The notes under the pieces were generated by a model. That model was not told where the DNA came from. It ran no database searches and was given only the letters and a program-made list of their open reading frames with translations. Source: Selaginella moellendorffii (Eukaryota; Plantae; Lycopodiophyta). Taken from it: a stretch of DNA of 64,000 nucleotides. The stretch spans positions 482,229 through 546,228 of the forward strand of contig NW_003314299.1 in the NCBI RefSeq assembly GCF_000143415.4, given 5' to 3'. Position 1 is the first letter of the stretch; every line of letters begins with the position of its first letter. A program made the position numbers and the translations under genes. Shown here one piece after another: positions 62,453-64,000 of the stretch.

Positions 62453-64000
62453 ATGAACAGAAACTCTAACATTCATTTTTATTCAATCCTGCAAAAGCCT
62501 TTATGAAGCAAGAGAGATTTACTTGGATCTTAAAAGGAATCATCCACTTGCTGATGATTCCTTCCTCAGCAACAAACTCATCCAGATGTTTGGCAAATAT
62601 GGAAGCCCACAAGAGGCACGCCAAATCTTTGATACCATCAAACACAAAGACTCCTTTTCGTGGGCTTTCATGTTTCAAGCTTACGCTCAAAACTCCCATC
62701 TTAAACATGCAAAAGAGATCTTCGACAAACTGCCGCAAAAGGATGTCTTTGCATGGACATCCATGCTCTTGGCATATGCCCGAACTGGGCATGTTCTCAA
62801 TGCCCAAAAAACATTTGATGAGATGCCGCAACACAGCCTTCTCTCATGGAATGCAGTCCACGCACACAGCTGGGATCTAAAATATGCCGAAAGGATTATC
62901 TCCGGGGTGCCCGAGTATGATCTCGTGTCTTGGAATTCCATTCTAACGGCATACGCCCGGAAAGGGCATGAACGGGAAAAATGTGTTTTCGATTCAATGG
63001 AGGCTCGTGACCTTGTGTCATGGACGACAATCTTGGTTGCCTTGTCGCAGGGCGGAGATTTGCACGGAGCAAAGCTTTTGTTTGATGCAATGCCGCAGCA
63101 CGATCTCGTCGCCTGGACCGCGATGCTTGGCGCGTACGCACTGAACGAGGATGTCGATTCGACACAGAGGATTTTCCGCGAGATGCCTGAGATAGATCTC
63201 GTTTCGTGCAACACCGTGATGCGATGCTGCGTGATGCTAGACAATCAAAGCTTATATTTGACTCCATGCCGCAGAGAGCTCTCTCGTCATGGACAACAAT
63301 GCTCGCTGTTCTTGCCAAGAACAGCCCCGGGGAGGAAACCAAGAGCTTTTTCTATCAAATGCCGGAGCTTGATCTTACTTCCTGTACGATAATGCTGCTC
63401 TGACAACCCTCAGACTTGGATCTTGTGAAGGCCACCTTTGATCAAATGCCGCAGCGAGACCTGTGCTCTTGGAACTCTGTTCTGTCGGTGTATGCCCAAT
63501 CAGGGCATTGTGACTTTGCTTTAAGTCTCTTTAACGAGATGCCCGAAATGGATATGGTTTCGTGGAACAATATGTTAAATGTGTTTGTTCTAACTAGAAA
63601 ACTACGTGAAGCTGCTTTACTCTTTCATAGCATGCTAGAACGCAACGTTGTGACCTGGGATGCTTTAATATCTGCATTTTCCCGAGAAGGCCATATTGTA
63701 TACGCAAGGAAACTTTTTGATACAGCCCCTGACAGAGACCAAATCTTGTGGAGCTCCATGATAACTTCCTATGCACAAGTAAGCACCACTGCCAGCAAGG
63801 CCTTTCATCTCTTCAACGAAATGCAGGCCGTCGATTCCCCAAACACATCGTGCTTCGCATCCATCCTGGCCGCAAACAGCCACAAAGGCAGCTTTCAAGC
63901 GGGAAAGAGCTTCTTCGCTTCCATGGTTGTGGATCACGCCATTGAGCCCACAAGGCAGCACTACAGTTGCATGGTAGATCTCTTGAGCCGAGCCGGCCAC
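62453..64000 (+). pseudogene. PPR-A copy (runs off window)
   Basis: Same frameshifts and stop as 3164-4930. Confidence 0.88.

Larger units (their letters stand above)
59325..64000 (+). repeat. Near-identical direct copy of window positions 1-~4700
   Basis: AGCTACATACCAGACT... at 1 and 59325. Same LTR, Lnt remnant, spacer and PPR-A, with offset ~59.3 kb. Confidence 0.95.

Overview
This is eukaryotic plant DNA. The PLS-class PPR style, ~50-bp introns and scaffold gaps suggest a lycophyte such as Selaginella, but that is inference. Positions ~1.7-43 kb hold a decaying tandem array of five copies of one multigene cassette. In order, the cassette is: AT-rich spacer, PPR-A (+), a divergent pair of tiny Met-Cys-Phe-initiated Gly/Cys-rich peptide genes (-/+), a 5'-truncated calnexin (-), a short PPR-B (+), and an apolipoprotein N-acyltransferase (Lnt)-like membrane nitrilase-family gene (-). 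Most copies are disabled by indels or insertions: a short-LTR element with a 111/257-bp repeat, a hAT transposon with an 8-bp TSD, and a copia fragment. One Lnt-like copy (19358-21103, 3 exons, 546 aa) and all six peptide ORFs are intact. Positions 43161-61032 are a three-level nest of degenerate gypsy-type LTR elements inserted into the fifth Lnt copy (TSD AATGG). The sequence from 59325 onward repeats the window start, giving a ~59.3-kb higher-order duplication.
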